NCBI RefSeq assembly: GCF_964355755.1
Contig: NC_092675.1
Span: forward strand, 9,481,812-9,545,811
DNA: 64,000 nt
Direction: 5' to 3'
Source: Antedon mediterranea
Taxonomy: Eukaryota > Animalia > Echinodermata
In this document: one piece after another, positions 12,500 to 26,690 of the stretch
Numbering within the stretch: the first letter of the stretch is position 1
How the letters are laid out: every line of letters starts with the position of its first letter
Program-made: the position numbers and the translations under genes
The notes under the pieces: generated by a model
What the model saw: the letters and a program-made list of their open reading frames with translations, nothing else
Told to the model about the DNA's origin: nothing
The model's database searches: none

Positions 12500-13781
12500 A
12501 TGGCCATCACAATTATTAAGACTACTACATATCATAATAGATATATTTTGATGACAAAGCCAAATTATCTATTCATCATGTCGTTCTTTTACCCACTTTT
12601 AGCCCTATGATTCATCAACCACCAACGGTTGTCGATGCCCGTACCGCGAATCGTCATCAAACTAATCAATCGTACGGCCTCCCAGAGTTCTCGGCGGCTT
12701 CGGCATTTCCGATTTATCATGTCTTTGTAACAATCAACATCCGAACCACGATTCAATATTCATTAAACCATCAATTGAAAAGCTTTTCCGAATAAAATTC
12801 ACCTTATGTGATAAATTACTTTTTTATTACTTTTAAAATTATTCCTATGTGAATAACTAGATTGTAATGTATTCCGGTTCTCAGCCTAGCTATTTCATTG
12901 CAGCTAACATACTATGGAGTCTCATTTGATATAACACATGCTATACTCTCATTTGGCGAGATGAAAATCATAAATCGGTCTAATTTCCAAGACTTTCACT
13001 TTGAAATTGTCCGCTCGATCGATCCGATCCGCATCAAACCCGTCCGGTATGCTAATAACCCTTGCTATCATTATTCATACGTTTATGTATTAGAGATATA
13101 AATGATTTTAATGTACGAGCTTTCTCATCGTTAAATGTCATATGTTTTATTGTAGGCTAGATATCAAAGAAACCATGCCGAACATGCACTACACACATGT
13201 CAGCGTGTAAATAAATAATAATAATACCCACAGCTCGGAATTGTATTTAAAATAGCCTAAGTTTATAAATATTTATACGATTTCAGCATTGGATTTGTTT
13301 GTAAACAGATATTTTGACTCAATATAGCTAAAATAAAAAATGGCACACATGGCGTTTCTTACGTACAATACTCGAGTCTGTACAGAGAGGCTAAAACCGA
13401 AACGTCAACTGGTGGACAACGAATAGGCCTATTATTAAAAGACAATATAATACTAACTTAAGTATCATGTGACCCACAATTCTCCAATTGAAAACAACAA
13501 TCTACTTAGGTGTGTTTGTTACAAACAGTTTGAACTTTGAATTTATTATTTAAATATGCCTACGTAAATAAGAATCAAGAATAACGAACAATTAATTAAA
13601 TGTTCTTGAAAACGAGTGAAAATTAAAAGAGGCTTATTGGGTTTGTATTATAAAAAATTGGTAATATCATGTTAAATATCTTGAAGGTTTGACAGATAAT
13701 GGTATTATTATATTGTCGTTGAAACTCTTAAACACGACACAAAAGTGCGTTAAAAATATATGAATCTTTCAATGAAGATGA

Positions 13782-13960
13782 AAGCCTGTTTTCCATGCGA
13801 ATTAATTCGCGCGAATCGAACATTGCTGATCTATTTGCTGGTTGCACAATCTATTTGTTCACGTCACGAAGTTGATGAAACTATTTAATACGCATGCGCA
13901 TAGTCAAAGTAGGCCTACACGATTCGCGCGAATACATTCGCCAAAATGGATAAGGGCTTT
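13782..13960. mobile_element. Palindromic MITE (about 180 bp), Harbinger-like
   Basis: aagcctgttttccat..gcgaattaattcgcgcgaatcg is the inverted counterpart of cgattcgcgcgaatacattcgccaaaatggataagggctt; target duplication degraded. Confidence 0.55.
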
Positions 13961-16900
13961 GCTGATTAAAACAAATAAAAAATGCTGATTAACTATTCAT
14001 TACATCCAAATATTTCGTTATTTGGATGTATTGGTTAATTACCTTATCTTATCTTTATCATTGTACTGTACTTTATAACGTTTAGTTATAGATATTAATC
14101 ACTGTCAGAAAACTAACATATATTTCCTGTTTGTTTCCATTTTTTCTATGATTATATAGTTTTTTAGTTTATTCATAGATCTTCTGACGTCATAATCCTC
14201 GTAGGCTAACATGGTCGCTTAAAACCGTCCATTTTTTACTGGTTTCATTAAAGCCTACTTCTCAATTATTCGAATCTGTTAATACTAATTCCATCAAATG
14301 CACTTCTTCTACCATTTATCAAAAATAATCTTGAGAAATTGGGCGAAAATAATGATAAATCACCTGTCAACAACGATATTAATAATACCTAGAAGGTCAC
14401 GTACTCAAATATACATTGGATTTCTAATTTTTCATCTTGGGAAATAATATCCCTATTGAGCGGATAAAAGCTCATCCGATATGTTTAGCCGGCCTTAATG
14501 TGATGAGAACAGAGTCAGAAATATATCACATGCACTTGAAGACAACAAATTATGTCGATAAAAAGGACAATTACAGTATATCCAAACGAAAAAAAGAAAA
14601 TGACATCATGATGAAAGATTGGTTTGAATTGGTTGTTGGCATGATCTTTGTTAAATTAGGCCTACACACACACACACACTATACACTAATAAACAAGCTC
14701 TTAGCAATTAATTACAGGCATAATTCGTTTAATTTCTTTTGTTAATTACGGTATTACCGAGAAAAAAAAATAGTTTGGAATTTTCTTTAGTATGCCTATC
14801 TTTCACTGTGCGCTGAGAATGTGCCAGTTACTTCTGAAAGTTTAAAGCCTAAATGTAGTTTGCTAATATGTTGTCTTTTTTAATTTTCCTTTATATTCAT
14901 CAACGCATCAAATTTATAAATGATGGCATGTTTATTGCGTTATTTGTTCGAAACGAACATAAAACGTGGTTATAACTTAAAAGACAAAAACACAGTGAGC
15001 CTATAGATGTACGTTTTAAGTGCACAATGTCATTTCTTCGTCGCTTTGATTAACTTACACCGATTTATCTCGGTTGTCAAGTCAGTAAAATGCACTCACT
15101 ATACCGTTAGATATGGCCGACCAAAGAATTAAAATAAAGTTTTGAGTAAAAAACATCTAAGAGATAATCGACAAAGACATTGATTTTTCATGAACGATGG
15201 CTGAATGACATCGTGATCAATCGTCTGCTGCAGAACGCACGGTTATTTGCGCGCCATTCTGTCGGCTTTCTTCGTAAATGATTTAGAGTGTGCTCTTCTG
15301 AGGAGGTCGATGTTCGCCTACATGATCACAACATCCGATCATGTTGCATTTAATGTCACTTTAGTCACAAAATTGATGATTTTCAAACTTTTTTCACTAA
15401 TATTCTTTTCATTCTAGGTAAATACGGTATTGGTGAAGAGCAAGCAAGAAAATCTGAGCTTTCAAATCACTTCAAATTTTCACCTAAACCGTTTTACTAT
15501 GCTAGTATACTCTTGAAAATAATTTAACTATATAGTAGGCCTATATCTTCAAGTCATAACCACGCATTGTCATCGTAACATCTCGCCTTACTAGGATGCA
15601 ACGCCACGTAATTTAAGCTACAGCGCTATAAAATAGACACTGATGATTTTATAAAATTATGGCAATATCATGACAAATCAAGCATTGGTAAAATTTAACT
15701 TTACTATCACAAAGATCATTTTAGTTAAGTCTTCCCTCTAAATATTGTAATATTATTGTGGTGTACAGTATTTAGCTTTTTTTCTATATTTTTCTGCTAT
15801 ATAAAATTGATAATAGAAAACTTCCTTTATATCCTGCATTTGATACTAAACATCGATGTAAATTTGACCTTTTCAACAAAATAACGCTCGTTCATAGACA
15901 TTCATAACAAAAAGGGGAAAATGTGCTCCGTACCGATGATCGTAATTTTTTTTCTAATACATTTCCGTGTATAAAATGACAAGTTATGTCATTTATAAAA
16001 ATAAAATATTCATATCATTAACAAACGTCTATTGTCTGTAGCCTCAGAAATATGTCAATCAGATCCCAAGGAAATAATCAATGGACCCAAAGCGTATTTA
16101 TTCGAGGTTACCAGTGTGTACGAGAAGCTGATCTCTTTGAGGTGGAACGCCATCCACGGGTTGTTGGGACCACCGACAATATCTGGAAGTGCTGTTTTGA
16201 AGATCAATGTCGAGGCTACAGGATGCAAAGGAACACTTAAGTGCACTTGAATAAAGATTAATGGGGTCGTGGAATTAGAACAGTAGCGAAGAAATTGATC
16301 AATATTATCATAGGACTAAGACCAATCTTCTTGCAATAGACTTCCTTGGGGAACACACCCCTAACAACCAATCTCCATATTCAGTGAACATTTTCCCATG
16401 AAAAGTATTATGGGTACAAAACAAACAACCTAATACTGTAATTATTTTCATTTTCCATTTTTATTTCTGCAATTGTGTTTGATATCAAAGTAGACTACCG
16501 ACGCCTTACAAATATATTGTCATTTAATAGAAAGTACAATCGAGAAGATGATATTTAAATTTGCCTTTTTAAAAAATGAATATTGAACCGACAGGTATAT
16601 TGATGAATGGTTATTATCCCGAATTCAAATAAAACTCAAAACAAATAGTTTTTATGGCAAACGACAATCGCTTTGCTATTTATATTTCTGCTTATCACTC
16701 TCTAGGCGAGCCACGAGGTATGACAAGTGTTCGCTAAAGTACAGTAGTCTATGTGATTCTTTGCCGATAGCGGTAGATAATAATCGTAAAACGAGATTTT
16801 TTTTGCCGGAATAAAGCCAGTAGGATTTACATTGCGTGAATATAAATTGCGGATCGGCCAAGTTTAATTGCTATTTTTGCTAAAGAGTACTTTCAACAAT

Positions 16901-19900
16901 AAAATGTAGGTTACATATAATCTGCGGGATGATTTAGTTTATTTTCTTATTAAAGTTTACTGGATGACGTGTCTTAATAATAGCGGGATAAGTTAAGGCC
17001 TGTACAATATGACGCCTGGAGATGGTATGACGCACACACGAATTATTGCTGGGATGAGGATTTCATGTGAAATAATTGTATTTATGCAGAATACAAAAAA
17101 ATACAAGGTGTGAATTTAAAATATTTCCAGGCATAGAACTTTTATAGTCACAGGGCCTAAATATAGAAACTTTCATCATAAAGCTATGTTTAGTACACGT
17201 TATTTTCTCAAATTTGTGGAGTAATTAAGGTTTTCTGAGCCTGCCTTATACACAACTCCTCAGATAAGTTCGGATCAGTGTGTATAGAACGGAATTAACT
17301 TTAGCGTGTGTGAACACAGCTTAACTCTAAAATTTAAATGTAAATGAAAAATATGACAATCTTGAATTAGACCTTGTGTTAGGATCACTATTATATTTGG
17401 AATTCCGTATTTTGTTTGTACGGTAATTTAAAGAATGAGTTCCGAATAAAATAAAACAGAAGACAATATGCTGTTTTTTTTTTACATTTTCTTTACGGGT
17501 TTAATCAAAAGATATTACGCATAAGTTATATATTATTACGACATTTTAAAGAAACCTCTAAAACGTTTCGAAAACATTTTTGCTTTCATTATAAAGCAAC
17601 CTGCATTCGTTTGATTATGTTTACATAACGAGACGAGCGTACAATTCAATACAAAACAAAATGTCAAGTACATTAGGTACACAATAGAATATTTTTTTTC
17701 GCAATTATTATTTTGTGCTCGTTATAAAACGCATCATTTAGAAAATCTACCGTTTATACTTTATAGGGCAGATAGCTAGGACTGAATACGCTATTAAACA
17801 GTCATAGCCATACGACACAGCGGTTAATATCGTTAAACTTGGCTCCGCACGGCCCATAGAAGGAATATGATTCCACTGTATTTTGTGCAATCAATTAACG
17901 TTGAAAACTAAATATCGCATTCATATAAGATATGACGGAAAGAATAATTTGTCGCTGCTCATTCTGAAAGACTGCATTTCTGCAATAGTTCGTTGTTAAA
18001 TGAACTGAAAAGTAAATTGTAAAAAGACATAGGGCGTTCAAAGAATTGCATGTCGACCTTCGCTCCCCTCCAGTGATATTGAAAGGGCAGACGATTGTCT
18101 CTTTCACAATTGATTTCACAAAAATCCATACTTTCCCTGTCAAAATATTTTAACTTGATACAATAGGATGTTTTTGTATTGTTTATAGTTTGTTCGTATC
18201 AGAGTTACAGCTGTATAAAACAATAGCTAATTGACGTCTCCTAATTAATTAAAAAGCTGATTTCTCAACGATGCAGCTAACCAGACTATCGTTGAACCAA
18301 TCTGAAAACTACAACTACTTATATGTGAAATTTGCTTGCGTTCTACAGTATAGTATGAGGGCGTATGTTGTGATAATTTGTGACGTAATCAGATTATAGG
18401 AAAAGGCAGCTTGCGCATGCACATGTGGACTGCTATAAATATAGCTCTCAAATAGTACAAAAGTGTATACAGTATTATGTTAGGTCCTGGTACTATACTT
18501 AGCCATAGTAAAGTTATCAATTAGTTTAATTAATAAAACAGTAGCTTCGCATTATTCACATACACTACACTTATAGTGCCTGGGATGATTAGACCCAGGA
18601 ATGCTTCGCACAATTAAGATAATTAAAAATGAAATACTTTTCATGTGACGTAAATATAACGTAAAAATACATTGTAATATGCGTTCACCTACCCCGCTCT
18701 TCCATTGTGAAGCAGTCTTCAATTTCAGAATAAACATGTTCGGCATAAAACGAACAATAATATCAAGCCTACTAACTATTTAAATAACATTAAATGATGT
18801 TTATAAACCATAAACCCTAAACAGAGTAGGTACACCTATATTACAATAATGTTGTCGTTGGTAGAAGCATTGTTGTGTGTAAGTGAAACAACTATGAGAA
18901 TGCATTTTCAATTTAGAATACGATACAGTATACGATAATAGTCGAGAGATGGTAAAACAACGTACACAACCTAATATTTGGAGCCTTGATGCCTAACACA
19001 ATTGGACCAATTTGCATTATTAAAGATATTTGCATTAAACATTACCATATATACACTAAGCCTACTATCTTTTTAGAGTATTGCAATCAATTAAGACGTA
19101 AATAGATCAATCATACATTTCTATTTATGATCAATTAAAAACAAAATAACTCTCCAACGCACTCAACAATTTGATCGATCGCCTACTCATTATTTTTTCA
19201 ATTCTTAATAATCTTTTCGGCTACTTCATCAATCATTTTCATTTTCAATTTTATTTTGAAAATATGAATCATTTATGAATATAGGAATATACACATCAAT
19301 CTATTTGTCAAAAATGTGTATACTCACTCTCTGTGGGGAAGCGTTTGTCAAAATAATGAACTCAAGTTGTCTAAAAATATCAATCAATCTACTTTGTCGA
19401 TATTATAGCAGATACAACAAAATTGGTTCAAACTTTATAAATATAACGCAATGCATTTTGAAAAAGTTGAGGGTTGTAACAGTGAACGTTATAAACCTTT
19501 TGGCTTTAATTATAAATAACTTTAAAATAAGATTGCAATGAATTATTCTGGTCACTTCCATATAGCCTGAAACAAAGCATGAGGTTTTAAGATGATGGTG
19601 GTTGCGACCAAGATGATTAGTATAGTTTGTAGCGATAGCATCCTCTCTCCCATTTCAAACATTTATTTTGTTCTTTCAAATTATGATGCAAATGTTATCA
19701 ATTTACCTGTTAAAAATAAAAGTCATAAACTCTAATATAGATTTGCTTATTAGATTTGAAAAAAAAAATCATATTTTTGTGCAGGGTCGAGTTAGCGGCT
19801 GAACGTCTTAACCAAAGAACTGAAAGATTCTGAAACGAGTCTATCTGAACTAGAGAATGGTTCAAACGATAAAGAAAAAACAAACTTTCTTAGCAGATGA

Positions 19901-21049
19901 GTTACTCATACAGTCACAACTTTATTTTATTTACAGAAACTATTTAATTTGTAGTTTTATGACATCAATTTATTTGTTAGTTTTATATAGTCATAAAGAA
20001 GAATTTATTGGTTTCGCTTCATTTCTGTTAATAACTATTTGGTTAAAAAAATTGACACTATAAAAATACAAAAATGGAAGGAAATTAGCGTCGGAAATAA
20101 TAAGATTTCATTTTTAACGAGTTGTCTCTAATTTAAAAAAACATATTCTCCCTTGATATAAGATTAAAAATTTACAATAAACGTGTTATGGAGGTCATTA
20201 GTTTTCTTTACAACAATACAACCCTGTTGTAATAAGTTTTTTCTAATGAGCAATTGAATCTCTTTTAATGAATCAAACAACTATAGTGTATAATATATTA
20301 TTAAGTTTAGTAATAATCTTTTCAAATAATGTGTTTAATGTGTATGTTATCCGCTTTTGAAGAAATTTAATATGATATAAACGAGGGTAGTATTCATTTT
20401 ATTACATCATATTTTTGTCACAAATTAATTTGTTTTCATATTCCATCCACTTTGATACATTAAATTTTAAACTTGTTATTATTAGAAAATATAAAACAAA
20501 GTTATTTGTGCACGGTTGAATATTAATAATGAGCGCTTTTTGTAAAGTAATGGAAATAAAAAGTTGTATTCCTATACAAAAGAAGAGAATGTGAGAGAAA
20601 TGTATTGCATAAATTTGTTTTGAAATTGAGGATGTCGGTTATTATCATATCAAAGTAGCATGAGTTACAGTAGGCCAGACTTAATTTACTGTACACAAAT
20701 GTTTACTACTGATTGTTGAACACAAATAATAAATCCTTATTTCTGAAGACAGAACAATAATTAAAACTGTTACGTCAAAAAGTCGAGTGGTGTTTTAGCG
20801 AAATAGTTCTTGTTATATTTTGCCTTTTTACTTAATAATAAGATATTATTTCATGTATATGATACACAGACATGATTTATTTATTTTCCTCCATTCCTTT
20901 AGGCACCGATAAACCAGCCAAGGAATAGTTATACAAAAGGTACATTACTGGAATGAGTATTACTGATTTCAACAAAGATCATTCAACATCAATTATGCTG
21001 TACTTTCAAAATAAGTCGTTGCACTTTTGTCTATTCTGCCTCTAGTAAT

Positions 21050-22308
21050 ATCGTGTACATCCATCTCAGTCTCGCGCGCAATCTCTCTCGTTTAACTTTT
21101 CAAACATACGTATAGAATAAGTCGGATGTCGTTAAAGCACGACTGGTGCGTCAGAACGGTGTTTCGCTCAATACGGTCAATATTGTTTAATTTCGTTGAA
21201 TGTTGTTTGATAGCAAACCGCTATTGCAACCTGCCCTGTAGGATAAGTCTCACCTTGGTGATATATGACAGGAAAGCCCCGAGTGTGTCGACTGCGGCTG
21301 ACGATTGTACTCCATGCGCATGATCAGATATGGTTTCTTAAAATATCGACTAGTCCAGTGACCGTTCTCAGAGACATGATTGGTGGACACACCAGGTATA
21401 TATTGTGATCTGCATTGGCTATGGGCTTTACTGGAAAATAACCATGATATATTTTGCATTTGTAACCCAGGCTACAAAAGTAGGCCAGTCCAAGAAGACG
21501 AAGGGTAACCCAGGCCACAAAAGTGTGCCAATCCAAGGAAAATTGCAACATTTACACATTCCTACTTCCTTACCAACAAAGAAAGTACTGACCAACATAC
21601 TTTAAGTATGAGCTAATTATTTTAAGGCTAAACTTTTAGCTGATCAAACTCCAAATAAGGAAATAGGGCCACCATCATCTGCCATTAGATAATGGTCCAG
21701 GAATGTATTTCTGAACAACAGGGTTGGGCCAAGACATATAAAAATGACTGCAGAGTTGGGAAAAATCACAACTCAACTCTAAATCTATTGAGAGCAGTCA
21801 GGTCCTCCCTGATACCTTTTGTACGTTCTGAAAGAAGTTGTATTTACACTTATTCCTTGCTCAACAAATTCAGGTAAGATAACCAACATAAACTTATTAT
21901 TTTGTAGCATAAGTACCATAGCTAAGTCCTTTAGTTGTACTTATTAACTACATAGGATACTACTTTTATGTTTATCATTGCCAGACGAGGGAATCGGTGG
22001 AGTGTATAAGCATCAAACTTCGAACGGGTTTACCACACCAAAAAGGGGACAAGCTCGACCACTGCCAGTTGTCAACAAACTTAAGTTTGACTTGTTATCT
22101 AAATATTAAGCATACCTAATTATAAGTTGCATATTGTATAATTTGTATTACGATTTAGAATAATAACACATCTACTATAAGCCAACTATTTTGTAATCTT
22201 TTATTTATTATCTATGTGTGTCTAGTGCCGCTGTCCCAATCAACTCGAACCCCGCTCACCTCAACCCTAAGTCAATAATCTTTTGTGTTGTGTGTAGAGC
22301 GGTTACAC
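21050..22308 (+). mobile_element. Possible solo LTR or other TE-derived block
   Basis: About 1.25-kb block with higher GC than its flanks, TGTA near 21054 and ending gagcggttacaca; no second LTR and no matching target duplication found. Confidence 0.3.
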
Positions 22309-23589
22309 ATTATTAATAAAATAAGAAAACTTTTATCTTGATACAAACTAATATTTTCTATTATACTATTATTCATAATTGAATTGTATTTTTAAAATGG
22401 TTATACATACTTTTAATATTAAAACTTTGTGTATATATCGACAACATTGTATTTTTACACTATTACTATTTTTAATTGCTACACTTTTTATCTACTAATT
22501 ACATTTTTTTAAACATTTTAATGTTATTATAACTTGAAATTGTATATCTTTAAATAATGTTTTTTTTCTAATAACTGTCTTTTTATGAAATGTATTTTTG
22601 TGCTAAATTGTAGTGTATGTTTTGTCGAGGGCCCCAATGCTGAATGGGTTACCGTCGTGAAGCATGGTAAAATGACAAACTTAAAATTAATATCTGCAGT
22701 TTCCTCCTTAGGCTTATATAAAACAGTATAAATGGTTCTGTATTTTAGTTATTCTCTTCACAATCCGCCTACAAATTAATTTATTAATATGTATTGTTTA
22801 TACCCTATAGATGCAACACTTTTATCTATTTCAGTAACCTTGTGTTTTCCGATACTTTCACGACAATTGAGGTGAATACAAACAAAAATCGGTAATACAC
22901 CACGATTAGGTATCATGCGCCCAAAGAACCCGATTGATAATGAAGGCCATTACCTACCACTAGCAATTATGATTTCATTTGGACAATTTGAAATTAATGA
23001 TTGATAACTAATTAGTAAAGTAATAGGAAGTTAACGAATTGAATATATTAGCTCGTACATTGACCTTTTTGACACGAAAGGTTATTATTGATGAACAATG
23101 GCTTATAGAAACAGAAAAACAGACATTAAATTATATTTAACTGCCTAAAATGACCCAAGGCATTGTTTGTTATGCAATATTTCATAAATCATATAAAACG
23201 GAATTAGGTATTGCCGTAATTATTACGACCATGAACAATACAAATACTGGAATGAGCACGTGCAGTAAATCATGTGACGTCAAATCATGACAACACGTGT
23301 GTTGCTTACAGCCCCCTTCAAAAGAAAACCTTGGAAGAGGGGACAAGGTCTCATTTATAGTTTCAATATATGCAATTTCTCAATTATCGAATTAATTGTA
23401 CAAATAAATCAATTCGTATTTCCTCCTTGAGTTAACAACTCCCTGGTATCATCGTATATAATCGTATAGAAACAAAAAAGAGGAATAAAAAACATGTCTG
23501 TAAATAGTTCTTACAAGTGTATCAATACCGGTAGATTTTACCTGTTTTTAAATGATCTCCAACTTGTGGTATCACCGGCCCAAACCGGT

Positions 23590-25095
23590 TGGAGATAATG
23601 TTACAAAATAGATAGAAATAATGAGGAATGATATAGCAAACTTAGAAAAGGAATATTGCATGAAATAGAACACCAAGTAACATGGTTGACAGTAAAACCA
23701 TTGAAGATACTGCTCCAATTCAACTTGCAAAATAGGTAGAAGTCAGGAGGAATGATATAGCAAACTTAGAAAGGAATATTGCATGAAATAGAACACCATG
23801 TAACATGGGTGACACAGTAAAACCATTGGAGACACTGCTCCAATTCAACTTGCAAAATAGGCAGAAGTCAGGAGGAATGATTTTATTTATTTATTTTTTA
23901 TTTTATTTTATTCTATTCAGCGGTGCAGCACCCTGAGGATTGCCATGAGTGCAAAGCACTATCGAGATGGCTCTCCAAATACTGCACTAGAACATATAAG
24001 ACAAACATATAGCAAACTTAGAACCGGAATATTGCATGAAATAGAACACCAAGTAACATGGTTGACAGTAAAACCATTGAAGATACTGCTCCAATTCAAC
24101 TTGCAAAATAGGTAGAAGTCAGGAGGAATGATCAAGCCAACTTAGAAAGGAATATTGCAAGAAAGAGAACACCAAGTAACATGGATGAAAGTAAAAACAA
24201 TTGGAGATACTATACCAATTCAACTTGCAAAATAGGTAGAAATAAGGAGGAATGATCAAGCAAACTTAGAAAGGAATATTGCAAGAAAGTAACATGGTTG
24301 ACAGTAAAACCATTGAAGATACTGCTCCAATTCGACTTGCAAAATAAGTAGAACTTAGGAGGAATGATATAGCAAACTTAGGAAAGGAATATTGCATGAA
24401 AGAGAACATCAAGTAACATGGTTGACAGTAAAACCATTGAAGATACTGCTCCAATTCGACTTGCAAAATAGGTAGAAGTCAGGAGGAATGATATAGCAAA
24501 CTTAGAAAGGAATATTGCAAGAAAGAGAACACCAAGTAACATGGATGAAAGTAAAAACAATTGGAGATACTATTCCAATTCAAATTGGAAAATAGGTAGA
24601 AATAAGGAGGAATGATCAAGCAAACTTAGAAAGGAATATTGCAAGAAAGAGAACACCATGTAACATGGATGACACACTAACAACAATTGGATATACTATT
24701 CCAATTCAACTTGCTAGGTAGAAATCAGGAGGAAAGATATAGCAAACTTAGAAAGGAATATTGCATGAAATAGAACTCCATGTAAAATGGATGAAAGTAA
24801 AAACAATTGGAGATACTATTCCAATTCAACTTGCTAGGTAGAAATCAGGAGGAAAGGTATAGCAAACTTAGAAAGGAATATTGCATGAAATAGAACTCCA
24901 TGTAAAATGGATGAAAGTAAAAACAATTGGAGATACTATTCCAATTCAACTTGCAAAATAGAAATCAGGAGGAATGATAGTAAACTTAGAAAGGAATATT
25001 GCAAGAAAGGGGACACCAAGTAGTAAGGATTACAGGAAAAACATTTGAGATAATGTTCTGATATGAAGAATATAAGAAAGGAATATTACAAGGTC
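23590..25095. repeat. Minisatellite, about 123-bp unit, about 11-12 copies, interrupted by a retroposed insert
   Basis: Unit atagcaaacttagaaaggaatattgca(t/a)gaaa(t/g)agaacaccaagtaacatggttgacagtaaaaccattgaagatactgctccaattcaacttgcaaaataggtagaagtcaggaggaatgat recurs with alternating variants; edge copies degenerate. Confidence 0.95.
23882..24006 (-). mobile_element. 5'-truncated non-LTR retroelement 3' end inserted into the minisatellite
   Basis: About 125 bp of unrelated sequence splits a unit at gaatgat|atagc; minus strand ends in an (AATAA/AAAT)n tail; AT is duplicated at the junction. Confidence 0.65.
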
Positions 25096-25602
25096 AATCA
25101 AGTAGCATTGACATGGAGGAAAAATAAGTCAAAGGATGATTTTAGTGATGGAAGAGAACAAACATATCTAACATAATTTGCGTTTCGGTGTGAATAATGT
25201 TTCAACCCTGCAACTACTGTATGTTTTAGGATGTGTTAATATCGAGAACATCTGCTCTACCTTACTAATGTCAAACTTCTGGGTTGAAAACGTCAACAAG
25301 GTGTACCAGAATCTAAGCGACCGTTGTTGTATGAAGTTTATATTCGTGTTCCGGTGAACAAACTTCGTATTAATCATCAGTCTGTTCAGTATTCTCGTGA
25401 TCTCGTGTAAAGTGGTATTTTCTGTCGTGTTGCTCAATCATTATTATAATATCTCGTTCAAATGATATTTCATCATTTAATGTCATCTATAATTATAAAT
25501 ATGTTGGAATTGTTAATGTTCAGTTTTTAAAATATTAATGAAAATAATTTCATGATGACATGACTATGATGATATAACACAAAAGAGAAAAAATTATGTT
25601 AA

Positions 25603-25844
25603 AGGTGTATTGTCCCCAAAAAACATTAATTAAATGAGACTTTGAATAGGTTATTTGTAGTTTTAATAAAGTTAATCACGTTAAGTGATAAGTGAAATAA
25701 TGTTTTCACTTATAAAATGAAAAAATAACATACATTTTTTTCAATATAATTTTTCGTAAAAGTGGATAACTAGTATGTGACATTAAAATGGCATATTCAA
25801 CAGAAACATTTTAATAATTATTTTTTCAGGGGAACAATACATTT
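25603..25844. mobile_element. Kolobok-type MITE family B, copy 3 (internally deleted)
   Basis: TTAA|AGGTGTATTGTCCCC ... GGGGAACAATACATTT|TTAA; shares agactttgaata, gtagttttaataaagttaatcac and aatgttttcacttataaaatga with copy 1. Confidence 0.8.
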
Positions 25845-26574
25845 TTAATTTATTTAAATTTTAAACTTCATTTTTAAGTACAGTATTTATATTTATGTAC
25901 AGTGAATTGGTGTTTTGACACACCGTGCGTCTTGAACAAGTAAATCAAAAATACATAAATAAAATGTTATCCTTGGTAATTATGAAGCTTGTCAACATAA
26001 ATCAGTATTGATAAAAGTTATCATATTAACTTCCATTCAAGTTTCAATATAAATTCAGAAACTAATATCACTATGGCCACATCAACTTTGATTTCAAAAC
26101 ATTAGAAATAATTGTGCCGAATATCAAAACTTCCAATCAACCTGTGAATATTCATATTTATTCATATTGTTCTTTAATATGAATATAGGTTAACTAGTGT
26201 TAGGTATTGTACAGCAGTGAATAAAAATTGGAATAATTTGAACAACTGAGAATACAAAGTTGAATTTTTAAATTCAAAGGAATAAGCTGTACCTAAAAAC
26301 ACATCAATCATGCTCGGCGGCTTATCATCTATATTTCATTTTTGTCATAGCAACTCGTCTAGCGAGATGGATGAGCGGCGTTGAGGTCGGATGGCAGACG
26401 GACAGCTTAAATCACACTGTTACTTAGCCTGTCCGATTCTAAAATATTTCATTAAGCAGTTGATTTATGATAAGTTAGCTGTGAAACTATTAATACCGGT
26501 ATGATGATAATTTTGAAAATAATACTGACGATATAATATAAATCATAATGATTAGGTGGATATGGTGATTATGA

Positions 26575-26690
26575 TAACGATGATTTGATCGACTGATTGG
26601 TTGTTGGAATGAGTAATGACTAATGTGTAATTGATTGATTATTGACTACATTAAAAACTTACTGAATTACTGACTGATTGATTGAGATTA
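26575..26690. repeat. Degenerate (GATT/GACT)n simple repeat
   Basis: tgattgattattgact..tgactgattgattg; a similar tract lies at about 38180-38240. Confidence 0.5.

Noticed and set aside
16330-16362. Minus-strand VPQGS resembling the reverse-transcriptase GVPQGS motif
   Set aside because: Bracketed by stop codons, with no downstream YADD or other RT motifs.
24266-24560. Hydrophobic minus-strand ORFs
   Set aside because: Antisense translations of the 123-bp minisatellite.
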